Under the pieces are notes generated by a model that worked only from the letters and a program-made list of their open reading frames with translations, ran no database searches and was not told the DNA's origin. DNA of 32,000 nt, taken from Sinorhizobium meliloti. GTDB taxonomy: Bacteria; Pseudomonadota; Alphaproteobacteria; Rhizobiales; Rhizobiaceae. Each line of letters starts with the position of its first letter. The stretch's first letter is position 1. Position numbers and translations under genes: made by a program. Below, in pieces: positions 1 through 7,967 of this stretch. The stretch is taken from NCBI RefSeq assembly GCF_017876815.1, contig NZ_JAGIOS010000002.1:90001-122000 (forward strand). Direction: 5' to 3'.

Positions 1-406
1 AGTCCAGCACGTCGGTCAGTTGGGCGCCGGCAAGCTCCGCGAGGACCGTCACGCCCTCGCGAACCGCAAGCGTGCGGGGGCCGAAGATATAGCGCCTGGG
101 GCTACTCTCCTGACCCAGGCGGAGGGTGGTGAGCGGACGATCGGCGTCATTGATGGGCAGCAGCGCCGCGAACCCGTGCGTGGCCGTTGGCGGCTGCAGG
201 GCCAGGCGCCAACCGATGATGGAGGCACTCGTCGCGGTGGCGGGGTCGTCATTGACCTGCGCCGGCACCTGGCCGGCGACAGGCGCGCCCGCGCCTATGA
301 CGAGCAGCAGCGTATCGTCGATCAGGCAGGCGACAACCCTCCCACCCCGCATGATCCTCGCGGCTGTTTGCGACGTTTGAGGAAGCGCCTGTTCTGCTCC
401 GGCCAT
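1..406 (-). CDS. hypothetical protein, N-terminal part only (gene runs off the left edge); occupies the expE6/wgeF position of the galactoglucan cluster
   Basis: Absent from the ORF track because it has no in-window stop. ATG at 406-404 is preceded by GGAG (414-411). The frame is open down to base 2 (135 codons, MAGAEQALPQTSQTAARIMRGGRVVACLIDDTLLLVIGAG...). Third-position GC is high. It starts 8 nt after the stop of the upstream gene. Confidence 0.5.
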   Translation of the reverse strand, partial: MAGAEQALPQTSQTAARIMRGGRVVACLIDDTLLLVIGAGAPVAGQVPAQVNDDPATATSASIIGWRLALQPPTATHGFAALLPINDADRPLTTLRLGQESSPRRYIFGPRTLAVREGVTVLAELAGAQLTDVLD

Positions 407-414
407 GGTACTCC

Positions 415-1119
415 TCATGCTCCGGCGAAAAGCGAGAGGGCGGCGCCGGCGGCAAAGCCCGCGAGAACGAAAAGCAGGAGCAGCAGCGGTTTCAACTCTC
501 CATTCGACCGCTTCTGCAAGGCTCCGAGGTTCTTCTCCATCGCTGCAACCACGCCATCGAGCCGCATCAAGTGGACATCGAGGTCGTTCAGGCGCTGCCC
601 GATCTCGGCGGCGGCGGCAGGCCCCAAGGTCGCGCCTTCGCCGCCCTCGTCATTATGCGTTCGCTGAAGAGATCGCTGCGAGACCTGCAACTGCCGCTGG
701 GCCGCCATGAGGACGTCGAGCTTGTCGAGAACCTTGGCAAGCGGCGCGGCGATGAGGGCTTCGGCCGCCTGCTCGTCCGGGCGCGGAACGCGCAGCTGCT
801 GTTCGGTGCCGCGTGCATCCAGGGCCGTCACCTTGAGATCGGCGGTGCGCGAGGCTGCCGCCTCGGGAAGCGCGATTTCGAAGGCATAGCCGCCGTCGCC
901 GATGCCGTTGCGCTTGAGATCGGGGCGATTGCGGTCGGCGACCGCCTGGGCGATGACGCTGCCGTCCAGATAGACGCGGATGGTGAGGCGCTTGTCGGGT
1001 GCTGCCGGATCGAACGCCCAGCCGAAGATGCGCCCCTGGTCGATCGCGTCGACCCGGCCGCTCATCGGCTTCGTATTATCCTGATCCGGTGCGGCATTTG
1101 ATTTCTCGGCAACAGCCAT
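415..1119 (-). CDS. wgeE: tail-anchored coiled-coil membrane protein of unknown function (expE5/wgeE position)
   Basis: The track ORF 415..1446 overlaps the upstream glycosyltransferase. The internal ATG at 1119 (MAVAEKSNAAPDQ...) lies 11 nt after that gene's stop and has an AGGGGAA RBS. The protein has an N-terminal GWAFDP...RPDL...GYAFEIALP module, a central heptad-like region, and a C-terminal hydrophobic anchor (KPLLLLLFVLAGFAAGAALSLFAGA). Confidence 0.7.
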   Translation of the reverse strand: MAVAEKSNAAPDQDNTKPMSGRVDAIDQGRIFGWAFDPAAPDKRLTIRVYLDGSVIAQAVADRNRPDLKRNGIGDGGYAFEIALPEAAASRTADLKVTALDARGTEQQLRVPRPDEQAAEALIAAPLAKVLDKLDVLMAAQRQLQVSQRSLQRTHNDEGGEGATLGPAAAAEIGQRLNDLDVHLMRLDGVVAAMEKNLGALQKRSNGELKPLLLLLFVLAGFAAGAALSLFAGA

Positions 1120-1130
1120 CGATTTCCCCT

Positions 1131-2393
1131 TTATGCCGCTTCGATACGTGACGGTTCGATCGCTTCGATCAAATCGAGATAGCGTCGTGCGGTGGTGTCG
1201 ATGTTCTCCGGCTCCCGCGCGTGCGCGGAAAGCCGGCGCGCCAAGGCACCGTCTTGCGCGAGGCGGCGCATGGCAGAGGCGAGCGCCCGCGGATCGTTGG
1301 GCGCAACGGTGAGACCGTTTGCGCCATCCTCGATCATCTCGGCCATGCCGCCGATATTGCTGGCTAAGACCGGCCGTCCGAGGGCCTGCGCCTCCTGGAT
1401 GACCAGCGGGGCATTTTCCCACCAGATCGAGGGTACGATCGTGCAATCCACCGCTGCGACGAGGTCAGCAACGTCCTCACGCCGGTAGGGCCCGCGCTGC
1501 TGCACGGTCGGTGCCGTTTCCTCGAACAGGCGTGTGATCTCGTCGATGAAACTCTCGCTCTGGAAGGGTGCGCCGCCGTGAACGCGCAACTCGAACTCCA
1601 GCCCCTCGGCAATGAGCTGCCGTGCCGCCTCGAGTAGTACCGCCACGCCTTTCCAGGGGTTGAGATTGCCGAAATAACCGAAGACCGGGTGGTCCGAGCC
1701 GATCCGGCGGGCCGCTGCCGGCGCGTTGCGAGGCGGTAGCCCGTTGGGAATGACGCTGATCCTGTCTTCCGAGAGCCCCCACTCGACGAAGCGCTGCTTG
1801 AGGAACCGGCTCGGTGATACGAACCGGTCCACCTCGCTCAAGAGGGCCTTCAGATGACGTTCGCGCAATGTGAAACGGTCGAGCGCGATGTCCTTGAAGC
1901 AGGCATGGCACCTGTCCGGGCTCGCCCCGTGGCAAAGTTCCTTGCCGCTCGTTCTCACCATCAGCCCGTCATGGTGACAGATGGGATAATAGTCGTGCAG
2001 CGTCATGACGATCCGGCACTGTGGCAGGGTTCGCCGGACGATATGCGGAAACTCCGCGCCGAGCAGGAGCAGATGGTGGATATGGACGACCTCCGGCCTG
2101 AAGTCGCGCAGCAGCTCCGCAATATCCGGAACGACTCCATAGAGATCGATCTGGCTCATGAAGAGGCGGTCGAAATGTCCGGACCACAACAGCAACTCGT
2201 CCCCTGCGGGCCCGATGCCTTGAAAGCTGGTGCCAGGCCGCGCCTGGCGGTGGATCTGGTTCGTGGCTCCGAGAAAGAGCGCTTCGCAGCCGGCACGCTT
2301 GTAGGCGCCGAACAGGTCGTGGGCGAAGATCTCCGTGCCTCCCGGGTGGAGGGCCGGATGGTTATGAGCCGCAACGAGCACGCGCATGCTCAC
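1131..2393 (-). CDS. wgeD: glycosyltransferase, GT4 / Glycos_transf_1 type (expE4/wgeD position)
   Basis: 420-aa ORF. N-terminus MRVLVAAHNHPALHPGGTE is typical of GT-B enzymes. C-terminal GT4 signature: VPSIWWENAPLVIQEAQALGRPVLASNIGGMAEMIEDGANG (E-x7-E). The start is either GTG 2393 (GTGA overlap with the upstream stop) or ATG 2387. Confidence 0.85.
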   Translation of the reverse strand: MSMRVLVAAHNHPALHPGGTEIFAHDLFGAYKRAGCEALFLGATNQIHRQARPGTSFQGIGPAGDELLLWSGHFDRLFMSQIDLYGVVPDIAELLRDFRPEVVHIHHLLLLGAEFPHIVRRTLPQCRIVMTLHDYYPICHHDGLMVRTSGKELCHGASPDRCHACFKDIALDRFTLRERHLKALLSEVDRFVSPSRFLKQRFVEWGLSEDRISVIPNGLPPRNAPAAARRIGSDHPVFGYFGNLNPWKGVAVLLEAARQLIAEGLEFELRVHGGAPFQSESFIDEITRLFEETAPTVQQRGPYRREDVADLVAAVDCTIVPSIWWENAPLVIQEAQALGRPVLASNIGGMAEMIEDGANGLTVAPNDPRALASAMRRLAQDGALARRLSAHAREPENIDTTARRYLDLIEAIEPSRIEAA

Positions 2394-3235
2394 GCTCCGC
2401 CTCCTCGGCGTTCGGCGACGAAAATGTCCTGATAATGCTCCGCTTCCTTCCCGCGCCAGGCGCCGAGCGCTTTCAGGGTGATTGCGAGACCGGCCCGGTC
2501 GAGGGCCCCGTCAAGAAAGCCGTCGTCGAAGCCGACGGCGGCAAGGCGGGGCATGTCCGGGACGTACCAGCACGGCCCGTCGCCATCGCGGGCGAAGGAA
2601 AGGCGCGCGTCGCGCCGGCCGCTCTCGTTGGCCGCCGCGACGTGATCGACCACGAAGGCGGTCATGAAGAGGCGGCCGCCGGGTTTCAGAAGCCTTCCGA
2701 CCTCTCGCAGATAGACGAGGACTTCGTCCGGCGGCAGATGCGTCACGATCGACGTCATGATCACAAAATCGAAGTGACCGTCGGCATAGGGCAGTTTCAG
2801 CGCATTGCCGCTGATCTTGCCGCTCGGATTATAGAGTTCATGGGCAATATCGACACGCTGGAACGCGAAATTCGGATAGACCGAGGTGATGAAGCGGCGG
2901 CACCAGCCGATGCCGCCCTCGACCGGATCTATCCCGCTGTAGTGTCCCTTCTCGAAATCCAGATACTGGGTGAGCGGAACAGCCATGCGGCCGATGCCGC
3001 AGCCGATATCGAGAACGCGGCTTTCCGGACGCACCCCCCCCAGCCGAATGAAGTGGCCGAGGAATTCGACGCCCACCGCCCTGAAGGAGCCGTCGCCGAC
3101 GAAGACACTGTCGGGATTAGGTTCCGGAAGGAAGCGGTTTCGAAGAATGCTCCCCAGCAGTGCCTCCACGCGTTCGTCGCGGGCGGGCAGTTCCGTTGCA
3201 GCTGTGTTTTCCTGGCGCAGCGCAGTCTCGCTCAT
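2390..3235 (-). CDS. wgeC: class I SAM-dependent methyltransferase (expE3/wgeC position)
   Basis: Motif I VLDIGCGIGRMA and post-I/II elements (GHFDFVIMTSIVTHL, LKPGGRLFMT). Start placed at ATG 3235 (MSETALRQEN...), forming an ATGA overlap with the stop of the upstream gene. The track's longer 346-aa version would overlap that gene by about 200 nt. Confidence 0.85.
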   Translation of the reverse strand: MSETALRQENTAATELPARDERVEALLGSILRNRFLPEPNPDSVFVGDGSFRAVGVEFLGHFIRLGGVRPESRVLDIGCGIGRMAVPLTQYLDFEKGHYSGIDPVEGGIGWCRRFITSVYPNFAFQRVDIAHELYNPSGKISGNALKLPYADGHFDFVIMTSIVTHLPPDEVLVYLREVGRLLKPGGRLFMTAFVVDHVAAANESGRRDARLSFARDGDGPCWYVPDMPRLAAVGFDDGFLDGALDRAGLAITLKALGAWRGKEAEHYQDIFVAERRGGGA

Positions 3236-5481
3236 GCGGCGGTCCTCGTTGCTGCGCCGATCCCGAACAGAGCCGGCATTTGGTCGCGGCCGCCGAGATC
3301 GGTTTTCATCAATTCGGTGATGTCGTCGTTCCAGCGTTCGGTGTGCAGCCACGAATTGTACTGGCTGGCGACCCCGCGCATATAGTCTTCGCTGCGGCGG
3401 ATCGAGCGGCGCTCGAAATGATAGAGACACGCCGACGGCTCGTAGGCGATATCATAGCCGCACCGGCGGATTTTCAGGCACAAATCGCTGTCCTCATAAT
3501 CGCCGATCACATAATCCTCCGTGTATCCGTCCACGAGCTCGTAGATCTCCCGACGCGTCACCAGGCACGCACCGGTGATGCCGGGAACGCTGCGGGCAAG
3601 TTGAGCCGGTGCGTAGTCGCCAGGCATGCCCTTGTGGAAATGATGGTTGAGCCATATGCCGCGCTGGTCGCGAGCGAAGTAGAGTCCCGCGTGCTGGAGC
3701 GATCCGTCCTCGAAGATCAGCTTCGGGCCGATCGCGCCGAGGCTCCTCTGCTCCATCAGCGGCCGGATGAACTTCTGCAGCCAGCCGGGCGCTGACGGAA
3801 CGACGTCCGAGTTCAGCATGACGACGACCGAGCCGCGGGCGAAGCGCGCGCCGGCATTGCACGCCCGCGCGTAGCCGCTGTTGCGGTTCATCACCACAAG
3901 CTTCATCGGCAAGCCGTGGAGGAGATGCAGTCCGCCAAGCAGATGCTCCGTCTCGTCCTGAATCTCCGGCGAATCCAGAACGTAGATGATCTCCGCATTG
4001 CTTGCGAGCCAGCGATCGGTCGCCATGCCGGATAGCTGGAACCGCAGGAAGTCGAGGACACGGTAAAGCGGCACGACGATCGAGACCAAGGGCGCCTTTT
4101 CGGGCAGGTCGTAATCCTTGGTGTAGTCGACCTTGGCCGCTCTTCCCAACCTCTGCTCCACGTCCTGCAGGGCGGGGGCAAGGATCGTCCGGAAAGCCTG
4201 GTCGATCGCGTGCTGCGGCGGGACTGCGCGCAGTATTCGGTTGCGCTGCGCCGAAGCCTCGAAGGGTTGCGGCTTCGGCACGAGCGGTTTCACAGCACCG
4301 GAAGCCAGCCGCATCTGGAACCGCGGCTGGAGCAGGGCGCCCGGCGTGTCGTTCGACGGCAGCCAGGCGACAAAGCCGGTCACGTCGGCTCGCGATTTCT
4401 CGTCCGCTCCGCGTGCCCAGGCGGGAAACTCGTACCAGTTGCCGTCGAGCGGTATCGCCGTGCCGTCCTCCGTGAGGTAGTCGATGCCGGCGAGAGTGGC
4501 CGTCGGATCATGGGTCCACCCCCCGGCAAGCAGACCGCCGGAAAGCGTCAATGCGAGGTCCACCTCCGCTGAAGGATACATTGCGGACCTGCCGATCCGC
4601 CTTTCCGGGAGCGGTGTCCGTAGCTGGAGGTCGACGGCTGTCGCAAGTCCACCCTCGGGTGTCGTCGAGAGCCAGCGGACGACGAATTCGCGAAGCTCCG
4701 GCGTACCGCCCCGTTCCGCCCACCAGGCCTGGAGGTTGGCGCAATGAGGATTGCCGGAGGAGAGTTCGCGCACGGCAACGCCCCTTTTGCCGACAAGCAC
4801 GAAAGACTGGGGGTATCGGGGGGACTCGACGATGAAATGGCAAGGACGAAGATTGTGCTCGCGTTGGGCGCCGATCAGCGCTGGCGACGCCAGTGGCAGG
4901 ATGGCGTTGGCCCCGAGGGCATAGATGGCGCTGATCTCGCCGAAGTCGGGGCTGATCGCGGTCTCGATCAGGTATCGGCCCTGGGCGATCGGGCATGCAA
5001 TCTTGGCGGGCGCCGGCCGCGATGTCAGCGCCTGAAGCGCGTCCTCGACGAGGCCGATGAAGAACGGGTCCCTGGACAGACGGAACGCGCTCCGCCAAAC
5101 GGTCAGCAGATTGTTCAGGAACTTTACGCAGCCCTCCGGCGTAAGTGCGGCAAACAGGTCCTCCACGTCGAGGGGCGGAAGTTCACCGACGGGCCGGAGC
5201 AGAATCGTCTGAACGAAGTCGCTTTCGATGTAAATCTGCCCGCGGCTCGCTTCGGCGCCCGGGCGCATGGCCCAAAGCACGCGCTGGCCACCCTCCGCAA
5301 GAGAAAGGATCGTGCTGACGAGCGGGACGGGTTGCTCCGGCATGACGAGCGTGTGTTTGGCTGCCACCGGCAACTTGGCGCGAACGTCCGAGATCAATAC
5401 TGCCACTTCGGAACCGATCCGAAAGGCCCTCGCGTCCTCGAAAATGCCGCTGGCGCTCCGCGTACGGTCGTCAAACGTCAC
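3232..5481 (-). CDS. wgeB: two-part protein: about 460-aa N-terminal region of unknown function plus a C-terminal family-2 glycosyltransferase (expE2/wgeB position)
   Basis: 749-aa ORF. GTG start at 5481 with GAGGAG RBS at 5493-5488. The GT2 core runs from about residue 464: LVSIVVPLYRVLDFL...YVLDSPE...NSGYARACNAGARFARG..VVMLNSDVVP...DYEDSDLCLKIR. Confidence 0.85.
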   Translation of the reverse strand: MTFDDRTRSASGIFEDARAFRIGSEVAVLISDVRAKLPVAAKHTLVMPEQPVPLVSTILSLAEGGQRVLWAMRPGAEASRGQIYIESDFVQTILLRPVGELPPLDVEDLFAALTPEGCVKFLNNLLTVWRSAFRLSRDPFFIGLVEDALQALTSRPAPAKIACPIAQGRYLIETAISPDFGEISAIYALGANAILPLASPALIGAQREHNLRPCHFIVESPRYPQSFVLVGKRGVAVRELSSGNPHCANLQAWWAERGGTPELREFVVRWLSTTPEGGLATAVDLQLRTPLPERRIGRSAMYPSAEVDLALTLSGGLLAGGWTHDPTATLAGIDYLTEDGTAIPLDGNWYEFPAWARGADEKSRADVTGFVAWLPSNDTPGALLQPRFQMRLASGAVKPLVPKPQPFEASAQRNRILRAVPPQHAIDQAFRTILAPALQDVEQRLGRAAKVDYTKDYDLPEKAPLVSIVVPLYRVLDFLRFQLSGMATDRWLASNAEIIYVLDSPEIQDETEHLLGGLHLLHGLPMKLVVMNRNSGYARACNAGARFARGSVVVMLNSDVVPSAPGWLQKFIRPLMEQRSLGAIGPKLIFEDGSLQHAGLYFARDQRGIWLNHHFHKGMPGDYAPAQLARSVPGITGACLVTRREIYELVDGYTEDYVIGDYEDSDLCLKIRRCGYDIAYEPSACLYHFERRSIRRSEDYMRGVASQYNSWLHTERWNDDITELMKTDLGGRDQMPALFGIGAATRTAA

Positions 5482-5509
5482 ACGCCACTCCTCTGACTAA
5501 TTCTGGGAT

Positions 5510-5542
5510 GGTGCGCCCCACGGGAGGAGGGCAGGGCGCACC
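5510..5542 (-). other. second stem-loop in the wgeA-wgeB spacer (9-bp perfect stem, 15-nt loop)
   Basis: GGTGCGCCC (5510-5518) and GGGCGCACC (5534-5542) are exact complements. The hairpin ends 17 nt upstream of the wgeB RBS. Confidence 0.5.
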
Positions 5543-5553
5543 GTTCGAAGCCA

Positions 5554-5602
5554 ATGCGGGATGATGAAAAGCCGCCTGCGGTTTTCCACCCGCATCCCGC
5601 AT
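5554..5602 (-). terminator. nested hairpin just downstream of wgeA: a 10-bp outer stem enclosing a hairpin followed by a U-run (intrinsic terminator/attenuator candidate)
   Basis: The outer arms 5554-5563 and 5593-5602 are exact complements (ATGCGGGATG/CATCCCGCAT). The inner segment 5567-5585 reads AAAACCGCAGGCGGCUUUU on the minus-strand RNA. Confidence 0.5.
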
Positions 5603-5611
5603 CTCAAACTA

Positions 5612-6271
5612 TCAGTGGACAGTGAAGTAGTTTTCGGGATGGGCCTGAATGTCTTCGGCGTCGGCATTGACCAGCGTCAGCGTGTCGCCGTGGCCGAGGT
5701 CGATGACGACATTGCCGCCGACCTGAGTGATACGCGAAGCGAGATCCTCGGGCGCGGTGACGTCGAGGCCGTTGATACCCTTGGATATCTGCAGGACGTC
5801 TTCGCCGGGGGTAAAGTCGAGGATGACGTCGTTGCCGCCGCCACCGTCGAAAACGAAGATATCGCTGCCCTGACCGCCGGCAAGCAGGTCGGACCCGGCG
5901 CCGCCGTCGATGACGTCGTTGCCGGCGCCGCCGAGCAGCACGTCGTTGCCTCTGCCTCCGAGGAGGAAGTCGCTGCCGGCGCCCCCAAGGAGAATGTCGT
6001 TGCCGTTATCGCCATAGATCAGGTCGTCACCCGATCCGCCGACCAGGATATCGTTGCCATTTTCGCCATAGAGAACGTCGGTGCCTTCGCCGCCGAACAC
6101 GGTGTCGTTTCCGTTGCCGCCGAACAGCAAGTCGTCACCATCGTCGCCGAAGATGATGTCGTCCCCATTGCCTCCGTTGACGAAATCATCACCCCCATGG
6201 GCGCGGATGAAATCGTCAAAGCGGGAGCCAAACAGGGCGTCGTCGTATGCGCCGCCTTCCAAAGTGGCCAT
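5612..6271 (-). CDS. wgeA: secreted RTX-type Ca2+-binding protein (ExpE1/WgeA-like, NodO-like); type I secretion substrate
   Basis: About 13 consecutive GGxGxDxxx nonapeptides (GGNGDDIIF GDDGDDLLF GGNGNDTVF ...), no N-terminal signal peptide, and an acidic C-terminal tail (...VNADAEDIQAHPENYFTVH). ATG at 6271 has an AGGAG RBS 6 nt upstream; the upstream in-frame Met codons lack one. Confidence 0.9.
   Translation of the reverse strand: MATLEGGAYDDALFGSRFDDFIRAHGGDDFVNGGNGDDIIFGDDGDDLLFGGNGNDTVFGGEGTDVLYGENGNDILVGGSGDDLIYGDNGNDILLGGAGSDFLLGGRGNDVLLGGAGNDVIDGGAGSDLLAGGQGSDIFVFDGGGGNDVILDFTPGEDVLQISKGINGLDVTAPEDLASRITQVGGNVVIDLGHGDTLTLVNADAEDIQAHPENYFTVH
5843..6196 (-). repeat. tandem 27-nt-periodic coding repeat (RTX nonapeptide array) inside wgeA
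   Basis: GGC/GAC-rich 27-nt periodicity is visible in the DNA and generates shadow ORFs in several frames on both strands. Confidence 0.85.
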
Positions 6272-6492
6272 CTGCTTCTCCTCTTCGTGGTTTGATGCAT
6301 GCGTCATCGGCACGGAGCCGAGGATTGCGTGCCGGAGTGTGCACTGCAATAATTACGAACGCAACACAGATGCATAAAATAAAACGGCGATATTTTGATA
6401 GAAAGAGGGTGTCAGAAACATATCTCCATGCTGTGCCAATATTGGTACAATATAATTTTAGGAGTAATTCTGACGGAAATGCAGACAAAGCG

Positions 6493-6513
6493 ATTCAAAT
6501 TTTAAAGTAATTT
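6493..6513. promoter_or_regulatory. operator-like imperfect palindrome ATTCAA-att-TTAAAGTAATTT upstream of wgeA
   Basis: It matches the 9879-9905 palindrome core with 2 substitutions and lies about 225-240 nt upstream of the wgeA ATG. A second AGTAATT half-site sits at 6463-6469. Confidence 0.6.
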
Positions 6514-6545
6514 ACGACGAGAAGAGATATCAAGAGTTAAGCAGG

Positions 6546-7967
6546 TCAGTCCTCCCGAAAAGCCCGGTTGAAACTGTCGGAGACTGGGGCGACGAGGTAG
6601 TCGATTGCCGAACGCGATTTGTGCACGATCAGCACTTCCGCGGGCATGCCGGGATAGAGGCGGATGTCCGGGTTGGCGGCGAGCGATTCAGGCGCCACCT
6701 CCGCCCGTGCGACGAAATAGGCGACGTTGGACTTCTCATCCACGGATTGGTCCGCCGCGATATAGGTTACCTTGCCTTCCAGAGGCAGGTGCGAGCGCTG
6801 GTTATAGGCCGTCAGACGGATTTGCGTGCTGGAGCCGATCGTTATGCTGTCGATGTCACGCGTGCTGACATGCATCTCGATAAGCAGCGGTTCGTCCTCG
6901 GGGACGATGTCGAGAAGCGGCTGACCGGGGGTGACGGCACTGCCCGGCGTCCGCAGCTGAATGTTGGCGACGATGCCGGCCTGGGGGGCACGGATTTCCA
7001 GGCGGCGAAGCACGTCCTCGGCGGCGGTGATGCGCTGCTCGACTTCCGCAAGCTCCAGGCGCGCCGTGGTGATCTCTCCGGCGATCTCCGACTGGAAATC
7101 GGATTCGATGCCGATGAGCGCAAGCTCGGCCCCCGCCATCGCCTTTTCCGCCTGCGCCTTGTCGCCCGCGAGCTCACCGCGGGTTGCGGCGAGTTCGCTG
7201 AGCCGTGCGTCGATCTCGATGAGTTTCGAGCGCTGGGCGAAGGCTTTTTCGACAAGGGTCGCTATAGCCGTCCGCTGTTCGTTCATCAGCTCGATCTGCC
7301 TGTCGGTCGCCTGAAGCTGGGCAGTGAGGGACTTCGCCTTCTCCGAATATTCCTCGATCGTCTTGCGCTGGATTGCCAGCCGGCTCTTCTTGGCCTCGCT
7401 TCGCTTCTCGAAGAACGCGTTTTCCGCCGTTACCGCATCCGCGGCAGCCTCGCCTTCGGAGACAAGATCGGACGGGAAGCTCACCGCATGCAAGCCAGCC
7501 CGCTCGGCCCGCAGCCGTGCCAGTTTTGCGATCAGGCCGACACGGCGGCTCTGCAGCGCCTGCAGGTCGGAGCGGGCGCGCGTATCCTCGAGCTTCATTA
7601 GCGGCTGGCCGGGAGCGACATGGTCCCCCTCCTGAACGAGGATCCGGCCGAGCACGCCGCCCTCGAAGTGGCTGACCGTCTTGCGCTTAGAATCGACGAC
7701 GATCGTGCCGCTGGTGACGGAAGCACTGCTGAGCTCCGTCGAGAAGGCCCAGCCGAAGAAACCGCCGAAAGCAACGAGGATCGTCGTCAACCCGGCGATG
7801 ACGAGGCGCCGGATGGGCGAATGCGTGTTGTCCTCCGAAAGGTCCGGCTCTGGCATTGCCGCGGAGAGACGAGCCGGCGCGGCCATCGGCAGGCGGCGTT
7901 CCGGGCTTTCAGTCTTCACGGGCGGCTGCAGGTCGAGGCGAACCGGCAGGATCTTTTCCTTGTTCAT
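6546..7967 (-). CDS. wgdB: type I secretion membrane fusion protein, HlyD/PrsE family (ExpD2/WgdB-like)
   Basis: 473 aa. It has one N-terminal TM segment (RRLVIAGLTTILVAFGGFFGWAF), a long coiled-coil middle region and a C-terminal beta-barrel region (YPGMPAEVLI). ATGA start/stop overlap with the ABC gene at 7964-7967. Confidence 0.9.
   Translation of the reverse strand: MNKEKILPVRLDLQPPVKTESPERRLPMAAPARLSAAMPEPDLSEDNTHSPIRRLVIAGLTTILVAFGGFFGWAFSTELSSASVTSGTIVVDSKRKTVSHFEGGVLGRILVQEGDHVAPGQPLMKLEDTRARSDLQALQSRRVGLIAKLARLRAERAGLHAVSFPSDLVSEGEAAADAVTAENAFFEKRSEAKKSRLAIQRKTIEEYSEKAKSLTAQLQATDRQIELMNEQRTAIATLVEKAFAQRSKLIEIDARLSELAATRGELAGDKAQAEKAMAGAELALIGIESDFQSEIAGEITTARLELAEVEQRITAAEDVLRRLEIRAPQAGIVANIQLRTPGSAVTPGQPLLDIVPEDEPLLIEMHVSTRDIDSITIGSSTQIRLTAYNQRSHLPLEGKVTYIAADQSVDEKSNVAYFVARAEVAPESLAANPDIRLYPGMPAEVLIVHKSRSAIDYLVAPVSDSFNRAFRED

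Noticed and set aside
20-667. 215-aa plus-strand ORF at the left edge
   Set aside because: It is antisense to two minus-strand genes that have RBSs and coupling geometry. The translation is Arg/Ala/Pro-rich low-complexity sequence.
415-1446. Long 5' extensions in the ORF track (415..1446, 2390..3430, 16186.., 18557.., 19794.., 20647.., 21273.., 22283.., 24525.., 28783..)
   Set aside because: The extensions overlap the preceding gene, translate to Arg/Pro-rich junk and lack an RBS. Internal starts with an SD sequence and conserved family N-termini (for example [23 protein letters not shown]) fit better.
5561-6349. Regular 27-nt periodicity and multiple overlapping ORFs on both strands (5561..6295 +, 5677..6015 -, 6019..6300 -, 6081..6377 +), which could be mistaken for a CRISPR-like or other non-coding repeat array
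   Set aside because: The periodicity is the RTX nonapeptide (GGxGxDxxx) coding repeat of wgeA. There are no unique spacers, and the other frames are repeat-induced shadows.
6300-6545. PHO-box (PhoB) sites in the wgeA, wgdA/wggR and wgaA upstream regions, for example TTGTCTGCATTTCCGTCAG on the minus strand around 6468-6490 and TGTCACACTTATCGCA on the minus strand around 9811-9826
   Set aside because: Phosphate control of these genes is known, but the candidates have 12-nt rather than 11-nt phasing or poor second half-sites. I cannot place a PHO box with confidence without a matrix scan.
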